From assembly GCA_963555755.3 (NCBI GenBank), contig OY820905.2, positions 3,200,001 through 3,264,000 of the forward strand: a DNA stretch of 64,000 nucleotides. The letters run 5' to 3'. The notes under the pieces are model-generated. The model ran no database searches, had not been told where the DNA came from, and saw only the letters and a program-made list of their open reading frames with translations. This stretch comes from Nitrospirales bacterium (GTDB lineage: Bacteria; Nitrospirota; Nitrospiria; Nitrospirales; UBA8639). The translations under genes were made by a program, and so were the position numbers. The stretch's first letter is position 1. Each line of letters opens with the position of its first letter. This document shows positions 1-10,510 of the stretch, in pieces.

Positions 1-2
1 AA

Positions 3-776
3 GTCGGGGATGCACTAGTGGGGTTTTCCCGGAATAAACGCGAATTGGCCTTTAGTCTTGGAGTGAATCGATTTTCTGACAACAAGGTATTGCATGAATA
101 TCTCAACAGCGTTGCCTGGGCCACCACGGGAGGTACATTTGCCGTAGACTTGGGAAAGATGGCCGTCAGCGGTCCTGCAGGGTCAGTGTTAACGGGTTTG
201 TCTTTAACGAGAACCATGGGAAGGATGCTGCGGGATAACACCATCCCGGGCCTTCAGAGGATGAATGAGGAGGCACTCGAAGGCATGGGATTTACAGAAT
301 CTACCATCAATCGATTTATTGGGAACAAAAAGCTGACGCCCCGTCATCAAACGGCGATCACTCTATCTTTAGTCTCTTTAAGTAAGGCCAAAAACCGCGA
401 AAAAATTTTACACCTTGTTTCAACACACACCCGCACATTAGATGACGCAAATATGTATCAAGCGGTTGCGGCAATGATCGCAGCCTATAACAAGACCCAG
501 GTTCCGATTACAGACGTCAGGGCTGTGGGAAATGTGCTCTTATTTCGAAATGAAAAAGGTTCCTCTGTGCTCACCTATCCCATTGATAATTTTTTCTGGA
601 CCAAACACACCGCGGAAAAAACGAAAAAGGTGTTAGGGCGATTGCCTTCGAAGGATAGAAAGGAGCTTTGGATTTCAGGAACATTTTCAGCCCTGGCTGC
701 AAAAAAACTACATGAGCTGGGTTGGGTGTTGCACGACCAGTCCATGGCGAAATTGAAAATGGTGAATCCCTATTAA
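3..776 (+). CDS. Hypothetical protein, 5' truncated by the window edge
   Basis: Frame is open from base 3 to TAA 774-776; no family recognised. Confidence 0.6.
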   Translation, partial: VGDALVGFSRNKRELAFSLGVNRFSDNKVLHEYLNSVAWATTGGTFAVDLGKMAVSGPAGSVLTGLSLTRTMGRMLRDNTIPGLQRMNEEALEGMGFTESTINRFIGNKKLTPRHQTAITLSLVSLSKAKNREKILHLVSTHTRTLDDANMYQAVAAMIAAYNKTQVPITDVRAVGNVLLFRNEKGSSVLTYPIDNFFWTKHTAEKTKKVLGRLPSKDRKELWISGTFSALAAKKLHELGWVLHDQSMAKLKMVNPY

Positions 777-920
777 ATTTGGGGCCGCCCAGGAAGACTG
801 TGTCTTGGGATGCCTGTTGTAATATTTTCTTGAGTTCTTTGCGCAGGGCCTGAGCGATGGATGATTTAGGCTTACCACAAGGTCGCGAGATATCGATTTC
901 AACAAAGTGAGGTTTTTACC

Positions 921-1733
921 ATGCGAATCCATGAGCCCTTCAAAACAAGCATGATCTCTCAAGGAGAAAGACGATCTCTTCTTCCTCATTACATAATTCT
1001 GGGCTGTTTCGCCGTGTTGTTATTTGTGGGGTGTGCCAGTGTGGAAACCCAGACCCACAAGAAATACCTTGGCGGAGAACCACTGGTCAAACCTGACAAG
1101 CTCCTGATATACGACTTTGCCTTTACGCGTGATCAGGTTCAGCTTGACGAGGGAATTGGTAAAGATCTCACAAAACTCTTGAAGGGGAGGGAGGGAATCC
1201 CAAAGCGGGAATTGGAATTTGCGGTCGGCCGAAAGGTGGCCAATGCGTTGTCAGCAAACCTCGTGACCGAGCTAGGAGCATATGGAATTCTGGCGGCGAG
1301 AGCGACTCGTACTCCCTCAACCACAGAAAATGTGCTCATGGTCAAAGGCCAATTCGTGTCCATCGATGAAGGAAATTCCACGCAGCGCATGGTGGTTGGA
1401 TTTGGGCTGGGCCGAAGCATCGTGCGGGCTCAGGGCCAGGTCTACCAAATGACCCCTCAGGGAAAACGGCACATCGGTGGGTTCGACTCGGAGGTAAAGA
1501 CCGGAAGGAAACCAGGCATGGGTCCGATGGTGGGGGCTGGGGCTGCTATGGGAAACATTGCCATGTCTGCCGGTGTAAGCGGTGCAATAGGCATTGCTTC
1601 AGAAAGTTCCGATTCGCTCCCCTTTTCGGCCAGCCTGGATGCCAACGTAAAGAAAATGGCCAAGGAGCTCGCAAACAAAGCCGCAAAACGCTATGTCAGG
1701 GAAGGATGGTTACCCCCGCAGGTACTTAAATAA
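921..1733 (+). CDS. DUF4410-family lipoprotein
   Basis: Lipobox LFVGC; motifs IDEGN..RMVVGFGLG and GRKPGMG shared with paralogs at 32618 and 35442. True start may be ATG 951. Confidence 0.75.
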   Translation: MRIHEPFKTSMISQGERRSLLPHYIILGCFAVLLFVGCASVETQTHKKYLGGEPLVKPDKLLIYDFAFTRDQVQLDEGIGKDLTKLLKGREGIPKRELEFAVGRKVANALSANLVTELGAYGILAARATRTPSTTENVLMVKGQFVSIDEGNSTQRMVVGFGLGRSIVRAQGQVYQMTPQGKRHIGGFDSEVKTGRKPGMGPMVGAGAAMGNIAMSAGVSGAIGIASESSDSLPFSASLDANVKKMAKELANKAAKRYVREGWLPPQVLK

Positions 1734-2005
1734 CTGTAAAAACTTAGACTTTATCTGTCAGGCAGCACTTGATGCTATGCACATTCAATGGTTGAGGGCC
1801 ATGGCCTGCGTATCTTCGTCCTGTCATTCCCGACATTCGTTATCGGGAATCCATCTTGCCGTTTCTTGCAAGGGAAAGGCAGAAAACCTGGATCCCCGAT
1901 GAAGGACGTCGGGGATGACGGAAAGAGAGTTTCTCCTGTCGGCAACCGACTCCTTTCGGCCTTTCCATCTGACAATGTCTGAAAGATAAAATACAAGTTT
2001 TTACA
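1734..2005. mobile_element. MITE (~270 bp) carrying a GTCATTCCCG..GGGATGAC REP-like palindrome (1823-1919)
   Basis: Imperfect 30-bp terminal inverted repeats (TIRs) TGTAAAAACTT..TTTATCT..CAG; AATAA duplicated at 1729-1733 and 2006-2010; the empty site is seen in the inverted duplicate near 20790. Confidence 0.85.
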
Positions 2006-2132
2006 AATAAACGGTGCTTCCGTGTTTTCCGTGGGCAACCTCCAGTCTCCGGATCCTTTTTTGAAATGAATCTACTTCTCATTCCTCTCCTTTGTAAGGA
2101 GAGGCGAGGAGAGGTAGAATATTGGGGTTATC

Positions 2133-2836
2133 GTGCAGAAAGAAGAAAAGCTAGGAGTCATACGAGGCAGTGGCAATATTTTTCAGGATTTTGGTCATGG
2201 CGATGGAGAGTTGCGTCATCTCAAATGCCAGTTGGCGGCGGAAATCATCGGCGTGCTCGATGATAACGGTTGGTCGGTCAGACAGGCTCAAAAGGAAACT
2301 GGTTTTGATGCCGGAGACTTTTCTCGTATTCGGAATGCGGACTTCAAAGGGATCACACTCGATAAAGTGGTAAGGATGCTGGAGAAGCTAAATCTCCGGA
2401 TGAAGCCGAAGTTTGAAAAAATAGGACCAGTTGCAATTTTGGTGGAATTGGGACCTATTCCATGGCCCGCCGGAGGTCATGGGGATCGTGTTGAGGGGTG
2501 CACAGCCTGTCAGGTGTGGCGGGAATGGCGAGATTTCTCCCAAGGGTCGAAATGACAAGAGGGGGAAGGGGTAAGAAGCAAGTCTGGTTGGAGGAACAAC
2601 CCAAAGGCTCCCTGCTGTCATTTCGAGTGCAAGGAGAAATCTCTTGGCCCGAGAGAACGTGACCCGGGTGGGAATGGGGGAGAGTTCCTCCAAGGGTCGA
2701 AATGACAACGGACAACGTGTGATACGGGCGAAGCGTCATAGAGTTTAGCCTACCTCCACCAAAATTGAGATTGATCCAAAAAATACCCAACCCTTCACGT
2801 CGAAGAGCACACAAGGACCCTCTCGTTTCTGTATGA
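2133..2836 (+). pseudogene. HigA-like XRE antitoxin copy, toxin deleted, interrupted by a MITE
   Basis: Nearly identical to 19581-19925; interrupted at 2424-2777; C-terminus resumes at 2786 and ends at TGA 2834-2836. Confidence 0.85.
2424..2777. mobile_element. MITE (~354 bp), copy 1
   Basis: 23-bp imperfect TIRs GGACCAGTTGCAATTTTGGTGGA / TCCACCAAAATTGAGATTGATCC; 8-bp TSD AAAAAATA (2416-2423, 2778-2785); internal GTCATTTCGA..TCGAAATGAC palindromes. Confidence 0.92.
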
Positions 2837-2849
2837 GGCGTTACAGTCT

Positions 2850-3989
2850 TCAATTTTCGTAAGCGTAGCCGATGGTGACAAGGCCCTTGACATCTGAGGA
2901 GTCTGTCCCTTCAGATGGAGTATTATTGTATTTATAATTTATTTGTAACGAGAAGTTTAAGCCTTTCCAAAGCTTAAACCGGATTCCTTGAATGGTGTTG
3001 ACATAAAAATCACTCGTATCTTCCGTTGATGGAAACCCCTGTTGCCTGTGAAAGATTATTACGTCGTCTACAATCGGCCAATCCAAATTTACTGACCAGC
3101 GCCAGGTAAAGAAATTTATATCCTCTCCGATCTTTTTGTCTTCATTAAAAAAACCAACTCCAACATCTCCCGCAAGCTCCATTTCACGAAAATACGGGCT
3201 GGCATAGTCTCCCTTGTCAATGAGTTGATAGCCCGGGCCTGCGCTAACACTCGTGCGAAGGTTTAAATCATCAAAAGTATCTTGTTCCAGGAGAGTACTG
3301 AGGAATACATACGTGCGTTTTGTCATAAAAAAGTCCAATTGCCCGGACCCAAAAGCGTTTCTATCAGTTACCCTTTTATCATCTTCTGAATAAAAATATC
3401 GAGCCTCAAGTCTCAGCCGGAGCCGTTCACTCCGAGCCGAAAATTTACTTAACAAGTTCGCCTGTTTATTGACTGCGTTTCCTTCACTAAATTTTGCACC
3501 GAAATCGACATTTGCTTGATACAGCACAGCCTTTTTTGGGGGCGGGTTAATGGCCGTAATAGTGGATAAGGAGATGGGGATGGTCATGGCCAAAGGCTTA
3601 GATGCGAGTCGCAGTTCCCCTGGTTCGCCCTTTTCTAATGTACCGTTGATGCTGGTCCCATCCGCTAAAATCAGAGTGACGGACTGACTCGTGGCTATAT
3701 TCTGAACCTCTTCCCACTTGATGAGGAACGGGTCTCCGGCGCCAAAAGGCGCTTCAACTTGGAGTTTTCCTTTGACCATCTGGTTGATATCACCGTGTAT
3801 GATACTTCCATCCTTCATGATAATGGAGCTCAACACTCCTCCAAAGCTTGGGCCAGGCGCCCAAAAGATTAAACAAAACAAAAAAAGCACCCACCGGTGA
3901 ATCATCAAGAAGGTCCTTGTTGGTATTATCAACTTAGTGCGATTGGAACGATACAGGGCTCGTCGGCAGGCAGTTGTGTGATTCGCCAT
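2850..3989 (-). CDS. DUF481-family outer-membrane beta-barrel protein
   Basis: Signal peptide, N-terminal small beta domains, motif EQDTFDDLNLR..AGPGYQ, terminal TIGYAY. Real start probably at MIHRW. Confidence 0.75.
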   Translation of the reverse strand: MANHTTACRRALYRSNRTKLIIPTRTFLMIHRWVLFLFCLIFWAPGPSFGGVLSSIIMKDGSIIHGDINQMVKGKLQVEAPFGAGDPFLIKWEEVQNIATSQSVTLILADGTSINGTLEKGEPGELRLASKPLAMTIPISLSTITAINPPPKKAVLYQANVDFGAKFSEGNAVNKQANLLSKFSARSERLRLRLEARYFYSEDDKRVTDRNAFGSGQLDFFMTKRTYVFLSTLLEQDTFDDLNLRTSVSAGPGYQLIDKGDYASPYFREMELAGDVGVGFFNEDKKIGEDINFFTWRWSVNLDWPIVDDVIIFHRQQGFPSTEDTSDFYVNTIQGIRFKLWKGLNFSLQINYKYNNTPSEGTDSSDVKGLVTIGYAYEN

Positions 3990-4194
3990 GCACCGGCTAC
4001 CGCATTACAAACCAGAAAAGCACGAGTGCGCAATATCTGATGGTGGACCGCTTGTAACACCTGTAACATGTGACGGCCGACACGAAAAAGATTCTCTGTA
4101 AAGTGGTCGGGAAAGTCAATAAGGTGGACGGGAAAGTTAAACTGTTTTTTTGAGTGAGATAGGTGGACTCTTTTCGTTATGCTGTCTGCTTCAA

Positions 4195-4357
4195 CCTAGA
4201 AACGGCAGTTGGGCGCAAAAAAGCCGTATAAGATATTGGTGTGCATGGTGAAATAAAAAAAGTCGTGTTCACCTTGGTGGTGATGAGACATTTTTTTATT
4301 GTGCCAGGTGCATCAAGAGCTTGCGTGGACTTTTGTGATCCAACTGCTGTTTCTAGG
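4195..4357. mobile_element. MITE of the CCTAGAAACGGCAGTT family
   Basis: TIRs CCTAGAAAC(G/A)GCAGTTG; 5-bp TSD TTCAA (4190-4194, 4358-4362). Confidence 0.85.
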
Positions 4358-4402
4358 TTCAATACCGTATTTCCAAAGTATATTTCTGCCGGCCCCTTTC
4401 AA

Positions 4403-4626
4403 CCCGGATTCCGCAATAGGAAATAATGACTCTTCCCCAGTTGTCATTTCGACCAACGGGAGAAATCTTTGCACATTGGAAAAGATCTCTCGCTCTGCTC
4501 GAGACAAGGATTTCTCACATCCGTTCGAAATGACAAGAGGGATACGGCCTAAGCCTTCATCCTCGTGTTTTGTCGGGGCTGTAACAATAACAACCTGGTG
4601 TGTGTTTTCTAACTGCTGAATCCGGG
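4403..4626. mobile_element. Probable MITE containing a GTCATTTCGA palindrome
   Basis: Imperfect TIRs CCCGGATTCCGCAATAGGAAA / TTTCTAACTGCTGAATCCGGG; flanks TTCAA and ATCAA. Confidence 0.6.
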
Positions 4627-4735
4627 ATCAAAGGGATGAGGGTGGAGAAAACTCGTATTTCCCCTGGTTCAAAAGTGTGTAAAAAAAACATGGTTTGTGG
4701 ATCTGTCGGGGTATGGTTGTGGAGAAGAAGGGGAA

Positions 4736-4918
4736 AATCCCCCCTTCCCCCCTTTGCAAAGGGGGGAATTTAGTTTTTCCTTTACATTTTTACATACCCC
4801 ATAGTCATACTCGGGGAATCTTCGTTATTCAGCTCTTCCTGAAATCATGCAACTGTTGATTCTTCCATTCCTCTTCATCTTCATCCCCCTCTTTGCAAAG
4901 GGGGGGAAGGGGGGATTT
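4736..4918. repeat. CCCCCTTT-nn-AAAGGGGG palindromic intergenic repeats
   Basis: Two copies here; further copies near 12955-13002, 19381-19428, 27614-27670 and 29391-29423. Confidence 0.8.
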
Positions 4919-5039
4919 AGCAGAGGCCTTCATCGATTCCGTGATGACCACTCAGCCTTTTCTACCCTCTACCAGAATTGCGATTGATCCTGTTTTGCCA
5001 GGGTAATCTTCGTTTGGAACCACACAATTTTTGTGGCCG

Positions 5040-5291
5040 TTATCTTGTGGTCAGAGATTCCTCAATCGCCCTCCGAATATATTTCTGGTAAGAGATGCCT
5101 TGCTTGGTGGCTTTTTTGCGGACCTCCGAAAGTAGCTCAGGGGGGAAGCGCAGATTGACTTTTGCCGTTTTCGGGAGAAACTCAAAGGTCACCTGTTGGG
5201 CTTTTCGGGGATCAATATAGTCGGTCAGGTCCTGTTCCAGAAACTGTTCAGCTTCTTTGTCGGATTTAAATTTTGGCAATTTTTTCTTCAT
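5040..5291 (-). CDS. BrnA/CopG-like antitoxin
   Basis: MKKKLPKFKSDKEAEQF..VNLRFP..GISYQKYIR ribbon-helix-helix pattern; overlaps the toxin end. Confidence 0.8.
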   Translation of the reverse strand: MKKKLPKFKSDKEAEQFLEQDLTDYIDPRKAQQVTFEFLPKTAKVNLRFPPELLSEVRKKATKQGISYQKYIRRAIEESLTTR

Positions 5292-5568
5292 ATTCCTGAG
5301 CCTCCTTCTTGTGCATGTATCTGGCACTGATGGGCCTGATTAGTGTTGCATCCTCCCGGATCCGAAAGGTAAAAGCTACCAACATGGGTCTCCCTTTGAG
5401 AGACGGGCCGTAGGCGATATACCTTTCTTCCAATTGGGAGTGATGAATATCCGGCATGATAAACAGCCCGGGCTGGCGAAAAAATTCTTCAATTTCTTTC
5501 AGGCCCAGGCGGTGTTTTCGGCATTTTTGCCTGTTGGCGAAATCCCAATCAAACCCTAAAGGCTGCAA
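5266..5568 (-). CDS. BrnT-family toxin
   Basis: FDWD..N..KH..EER...FTFR..IRPISAR motif. Confidence 0.85.
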   Translation of the reverse strand: MQPLGFDWDFANRQKCRKHRLGLKEIEEFFRQPGLFIMPDIHHSQLEERYIAYGPSLKGRPMLVAFTFRIREDATLIRPISARYMHKKEAQEYEEKIAKI

Positions 5569-5903
5569 TTAAATCATATCCTAACCCTATCTATTTGTCC
5601 ATACAAACGTCAACCTAACATTTAGTGCCCCGCCCCCTATAATTCGGTCCAGTTTTCATTTCGTGATGGAGAGAGGTTTTGTTGACTCTTGATCAGCGGG
5701 CCAGAATGCTGTTTAAGGGAAATTATGTAGGAATTACTTCTTGTTAAAAAGGATGCTGTTCTCTATTCCAAAGGTAGGACTACTTTTTTGCCACTAATCC
5801 TCCGCCAGATTTTTCAAAATACCTTAAGCGGCAACAAATTCATTGAGCGTTAACCCGGTCGCGTCGATCCGAAAAGTTCTAAAATCGTCCAGTAGCCCCA
5901 GTA

Positions 5904-6083
5904 GGGAATGTTGAAAAAAGCCGCCAACGGCGTTCTCGCCTTTTTGACGCGCGGAGCGTACACTTTGTACGTGAGCACGGCAAAAGGGCGACCTGCCTAC
6001 GCGAAGCCGCTTCGGCAGGCATGGAACCGCTGGCTTGTCAGCCGTAGCTTTAGCGAAGGCTGGCGGCTTTTTTCAACATTTCC
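5904..6083. repeat. GGGAATGTT(G/C)AAAAA-family MITE/REP
   Basis: TIRs GGGAATGTTGAAAAA / TTTTTCAACATTTCC. Other copies: ~11580-11643, 15170-15291, 21091-22514 (split by IS110), 41016-41205, ~54378-54658, 59598-59814, 63208-63329. Confidence 0.85.
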
Positions 6084-6277
6084 TATATCAATGAGTCAGA
6101 CATAGAAGGAGACTGAGGATAATGACACGTTTCTCACGCACGATTTTGCTACTCGCAGCCATGGCCATGCTGACCACGCCGGCCCTAGCCCAGAATTTTG
6201 GGGACTTCAACATGGAGATTTTGGCTAAAAAACTCAAAGCGGATAAAAAACAAGTCGTCGCCATGAATATGGATTTG

Positions 6278-7289
6278 TATGCCTTCCCATTTAACTAAGG
6301 TTGCTTCAGTTTATTGAATCCCAAGGGTTTTGAGCTGCTGGTCAGGATTTTCAACAAACTCTGGAAGGTACTCATTGGAGTCTCACGGCGGTTATAGCGA
6401 AAGACAAACTCATCAAGATAGTGTTGCAGGTATTTTGAATCCACTCCATGGTGAATCCCGTTCAGCCAGGTCTGCAGATTGCCGAACGCTCTATGGATGT
6501 GTGGAGCGTGCTTCCCAGCACTTGCTGGGTCACCCTGGGTCCGTCTCAGGTGTTCGTATCCTGCCAAGGCTTTTGCCGAGTATCCCTTCCAACCATCGGA
6601 CTTGATCTTACTGCCCTCAGCGACATGGCTATTGAGGAATGCTTTGATCTCGTTCTCTCCAGCGTCTTGAAGAATCGCTAATCGTAAACGCCCTGCTTTC
6701 TCTCGAAAGTGATCCCCTTGTGTGTACGTGACAATTTCTACGGCTCCGGCTATTAACGTCTTGGTTTTCGCTTTCGCGACGCCACGGCCCGTTTTGCCTT
6801 TTACCGGTCCACCGATATGGGTTTCATCGGCTTCAACTGTTCCTGCGAGCCGTTCACGGTTCTGTCGTACCATTCCTCGTCGCAATCTGTGGAGCAAATA
6901 CCAGGCGCTATCCACCTTCTTGATACTGAGTTGACGCTGCAATTGCACAGCACTGATGCCAGGTGTGTGCGTGGAGACGAAATAGGCAGCCCAAAACCAA
7001 AGCCGTAGCGGCAAGTGCGATCTATGCATCACTGTGCCGCTTAGCGGTGATGTCTGTCTATGACACGACGAACACTCAAACCGGAAATATTTTTTGAGCC
7101 ACCAACCACCGCGATGACCGCAAGCTGGACACATAAACCCGTCTGGCCACCGAATCGCCCGCAAGTACTCGAAGCACGCTTCTTCGGTGTGGAACCTAAC
7201 AGAAAAATCCAAGATATCAGCAGCATACCCTGTGTCCATAGTCCAGCAGACTAGTCTAGGGACTAACCTTAGTCAAATGGGAAGGCATA
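6278..7289 (-). mobile_element. IS1595-family insertion sequence
   Basis: TIRs TATGCCTTCCCATTT(A/G)ACTAAGG; 8-bp TSD TGGATTTG (6270-6277, 7290-7297). Confidence 0.93.
6295..7239 (-). CDS. IS1595-family (ISXO2-like) transposase
   Basis: N-terminal zinc ribbon CPAC..CSSC, VEADET, SDGWKGY, YLDEFVFRYNRR. Confidence 0.93.
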   Translation of the reverse strand: MDTGYAADILDFSVRFHTEEACFEYLRAIRWPDGFMCPACGHRGGWWLKKYFRFECSSCHRQTSPLSGTVMHRSHLPLRLWFWAAYFVSTHTPGISAVQLQRQLSIKKVDSAWYLLHRLRRGMVRQNRERLAGTVEADETHIGGPVKGKTGRGVAKAKTKTLIAGAVEIVTYTQGDHFREKAGRLRLAILQDAGENEIKAFLNSHVAEGSKIKSDGWKGYSAKALAGYEHLRRTQGDPASAGKHAPHIHRAFGNLQTWLNGIHHGVDSKYLQHYLDEFVFRYNRRETPMSTFQSLLKILTSSSKPLGFNKLKQP

Positions 7290-7624
7290 TGGATTTGAAT
7301 AGATTTGAAGCCATGAGTTTTTGGCCGTTGTACGATACCTATCAGGTCCAACTTCGGAAAATGAACCAACGGATAAAGACAATAATGAGGGAATATACTA
7401 TTGCTTACAGTAAAAGCGGGTTGGTCCCCGATCCCATAGCCCAAAAGCTTATAGAGGCTGTCCTCGTGACTGAGATTAAAGAATTGCAAATCAAACTTGC
7501 CAATTATCGAGCCGTCGAGTCAGTGTTACCTGCGGTAAAAGTTGCACGATATATGCAAATTGAAAGCAAAATCCGGGCTATTGAAAAGTTGAGAATGGCT
7601 AGTGAAGTCTCTTTAATCTATTAA

Positions 7625-8128
7625 GGGCACCTCTACAAACCAGGCATTTTTTGTGAGGGCAAGGAAGCCGCGCGCGGAAAACCGGAGTGTATGGGCGAAT
7701 ACATGAGGATGTGAGCACGCGGCTGACGCTGCCATCACGGAAAAGGACGGTTTTTAGGACCAGTTGCCATTTTGGTGGAATTGGGACCTATTCCATGGCC
7801 CGCCGGAGCTCATGGGGATCGTGTTGAGGGGTGCACAGCCTGCTCAGGTGTGGCGGGAATGGCGAGATTTCTCCCAAGGGTCGAAATGACAAGAGGGGGA
7901 AGGGGTAAGAAGCAAGTCTGGTTGGAGGAACAACCCAAAGGCTCCCTTCTGTCATTTCGAGTGCAAGGAGAAATCGCTTGGCCCGAGAGAACGTGACCCG
8001 GGTGGGAATGGGGGAGAGTTCCTCCAAGGGTCGAAATGACAACGGACAACGTGTGATACGGGCGAAGCGTCATAGAGTTTAGCCTACCTCCACCAAAATT
8101 GAGATTGATCCGGTTTTTAGAGGTGCCC
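7625..8128. mobile_element. GGGCACCTCT-family MITE interrupted by a second MITE
   Basis: TIRs GGGCACCTCT / AGAGGTGCCC, TTAA on both sides; intact ~140-bp copies at 24711-24851 and 61452-61591. Confidence 0.88.
7757..8111. mobile_element. MITE (~355 bp), copy 2
   Basis: Near-identical to 2424-2777; 8-bp TSD GGTTTTTA (7749-7756, 8112-8119). Confidence 0.92.
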
Positions 8129-8287
8129 TTAAGTTCCAATTCCATCATCATACAGCGGGTCGGGGGGAAGGCTACATTTTAAGAGCGGGCCGACGCAGGA
8201 GGGCATAGCGAGGTTCGAGCCTTACCGCATTCAGTGACCCAACCTTTTATATTTCAATGACTCATGCGTAGAAGGAGACTGAGGATA

Positions 8288-8767
8288 ATGACACGTTTCT
8301 CACGCACGATTTTGCTACTCGCAGCCATGGCCATGCTAGCCACGTCGGCCCTAGCCCAGAATTTTGGGGACTCCAAACTGGAGATTTTGGCAGAAAAACT
8401 TAAAGCGGATAAAAAACTGGTCGTTGCCATGAATATGGATTTGAATAGTTTTGAAGCCAAGAAGTTTTGGCCATTGTACGAAGCCTATCAAGTCCAACTC
8501 CAAGAAGTGAACGTGGAGATCGGCAGAATAATAGGGGAATATGCCAATGCTTACAATAAAGGGCCGGTCCCCAATCCCCTGGCCAAAAAGCTAATAAAGG
8601 CTATCCTCGCAACCGAGGTCAAAGAAGTGAAAATCAAAATTGACAATTATCGAGCCGTCCAGGCGGTATTACCTGCGGTAAAAGTTGCGCGGTACATGCA
8701 GATCGAAAGCAAAATCCGGGCTATTGAAAAATTTGGAATTGCCAGCGAAGTCCCTTTAATCTATTAA
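8288..8767 (+). CDS. Secreted/periplasmic helical protein
   Basis: GAGGA RBS, signal peptide ALA|Q, motifs KADKKLVVAMN, FWPLY, KVARYMQIE; paralog at 37233. Confidence 0.75.
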   Translation: MTRFSRTILLLAAMAMLATSALAQNFGDSKLEILAEKLKADKKLVVAMNMDLNSFEAKKFWPLYEAYQVQLQEVNVEIGRIIGEYANAYNKGPVPNPLAKKLIKAILATEVKEVKIKIDNYRAVQAVLPAVKVARYMQIESKIRAIEKFGIASEVPLIY

Positions 8768-9134
8768 GTTCCAAATCCATCATCCCTATACAGTGGGTCG
8801 GTGGAATGCCACATTTTTCTAATTTTTCTATTGAGTGGCCTCACCGCCTTGTCCCTTCTATTCATTCACCCCGTATAGTCAAAAAACTTATCCAACCTTG
8901 CGGCATCTGAAAAATTAAAATATTTCAATGCGGATGAATTAATGGATGGGACAGGGGGCGTAAATGCCTTCCTTCGAAGAAATTGAGAAAATGGGGCCAA
9001 ATCTTTTTGGTTCCAAAAGATAGTCTTGACACGGTACTATACGATCATGGCCGTAGATGAATAACACAAGCCTGCTTCTATAGAAAGAACGGAATGAGAT
9101 TTTTCGCCTCCATCCTCGCCTAGGGATCATCAGC

Positions 9135-10496
9135 ATGGAAACCGCTTTGTTTTACGACCGTCTTCAGTTTGCGTTCACGATCACGTTCCACTATCTCTTT
9201 CCTCAACTGACGATGGGTTTGGCTTTGTTAATTCTGTACTTGAAAAGCCGTGCACTCTGGACCAATGACGAACACTTCAACAATGCAGCCAGGTTCTGGA
9301 TTAAGATTTTTGCCCTGAGTTTTGCCTTTGGAGTGGTGACTGGAATTCCGATGGAATTCCAGTTCGGGACCAATTGGGCGAAATTTTCAGAGTTGACTGG
9401 AGGTGTTATCGGCCAAACCCTGGCCATGGAAGGCCTGTTCGCCTTTTTTCTTGAATCGTCGTTTCTTGGATTCCTGTTGTTTGGAGAAAAAAAGTTTGGT
9501 CCACGAGTCCACTGGATGGCATCCCTGATGTTGTTTCTGGGTTCTTGGCTCTCTGGTTATTTCATTATGGCCACCAATGCATGGATGCAGCATCCTGTGG
9601 CGTTTACGGTCACTGAGGATGGAATTTTTCACGTAACGAGTCTGTGGGGCCTCCTCACAAATTCATGGTTGGTCTGGCAATATTTACATAACATGACGGC
9701 TGCCGTTGCCACAGGCTCATTTGTCATGGCCGGCGTGGGTGCCTTTTATCTCCTCTCCAATCGGCATACAGATTATGCGAAGACATTTTTGCGGACTGGT
9801 GTGACGGCTGGAGCGATAGCCAGCCTTCTGCTTGTGTTCCCAACGGGCCATGAAAATGCCAAGCAAGTTTTTGAACATCAACCCGCCACTGGCGCTGCGT
9901 TTGAAGGTCTCTTTCAGACGGAGCGTGGAGCCGGCATGATCCTTGTTGGGCAGCCTAATATGGAAACCCTGACCATTGATAATCCTATCACAATCCCCTG
10001 GGGCTTAAGTCTATTAGTGTACGACGAGCTTTGGGCGGAGGTGAAAGGGTTGGATGCCTTTCCTCGAGACGAATGGCCCGACAATATTCCACTTTTGTAT
10101 TACAGCTACCACATCATGGCAGGACTGGGAACGATATTTATAGCCATTATGGTTCCCGCTATGCTCTTGCTATGGCATGGGAAACTCTTCAAAGCCAAAC
10201 TGGTCCTGTGGGGCATTTTGTTGATTACCCCGTTTCCGTATATTGCCACAACAGCCGGTTGGATGACGGCGGAATTGGGACGGCAGCCCTGGCTGGTTTA
10301 TGGTTTGTTGCGGACATCGGAGGGCATCTCGCCACTGGTTCACTCTGGCAATGTGCTCTTCACACTTATAGGGTTTGTCGGAATGTATTTTCTCCTAGGA
10401 ATTCTCTTCTTATTCATGTTTGCTGAAACGGTCTCTCACGGACCAGAACCGCGGAACGCTGGAGGCGAAGCACCCGTGGTGCATTCGCCGTATTAG
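9135..10496 (+). CDS. cydA: Cytochrome bd quinol oxidase subunit I
   Basis: RLQFA..FHYLF, MEFQFGTNW, MEG..AFFLES, NAWMQHP, YHIMAGLG and ELGRQPW motifs. Confidence 0.97.
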   Translation: METALFYDRLQFAFTITFHYLFPQLTMGLALLILYLKSRALWTNDEHFNNAARFWIKIFALSFAFGVVTGIPMEFQFGTNWAKFSELTGGVIGQTLAMEGLFAFFLESSFLGFLLFGEKKFGPRVHWMASLMLFLGSWLSGYFIMATNAWMQHPVAFTVTEDGIFHVTSLWGLLTNSWLVWQYLHNMTAAVATGSFVMAGVGAFYLLSNRHTDYAKTFLRTGVTAGAIASLLLVFPTGHENAKQVFEHQPATGAAFEGLFQTERGAGMILVGQPNMETLTIDNPITIPWGLSLLVYDELWAEVKGLDAFPRDEWPDNIPLLYYSYHIMAGLGTIFIAIMVPAMLLLWHGKLFKAKLVLWGILLITPFPYIATTAGWMTAELGRQPWLVYGLLRTSEGISPLVHSGNVLFTLIGFVGMYFLLGILFLFMFAETVSHGPEPRNAGGEAPVVHSPY

Positions 10497-10510
10497 GAGG
10501 GGCTCTGTTC

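Larger units (their letters stand above)
6122..7624 (+). pseudogene. Secreted helical protein (paralog of 8288-8767) disrupted by IS1595
   Basis: 5' part 6122-6277 and 3' part 7298-7624 align colinearly with the intact neighbour. Confidence 0.88.

Noticed and set aside
6122..8767. DGR template/variable pair, prompted by the Avd-like gene
   Set aside because: Differences between the paralogs are not adenine-specific, and no reverse transcriptase is in the window.
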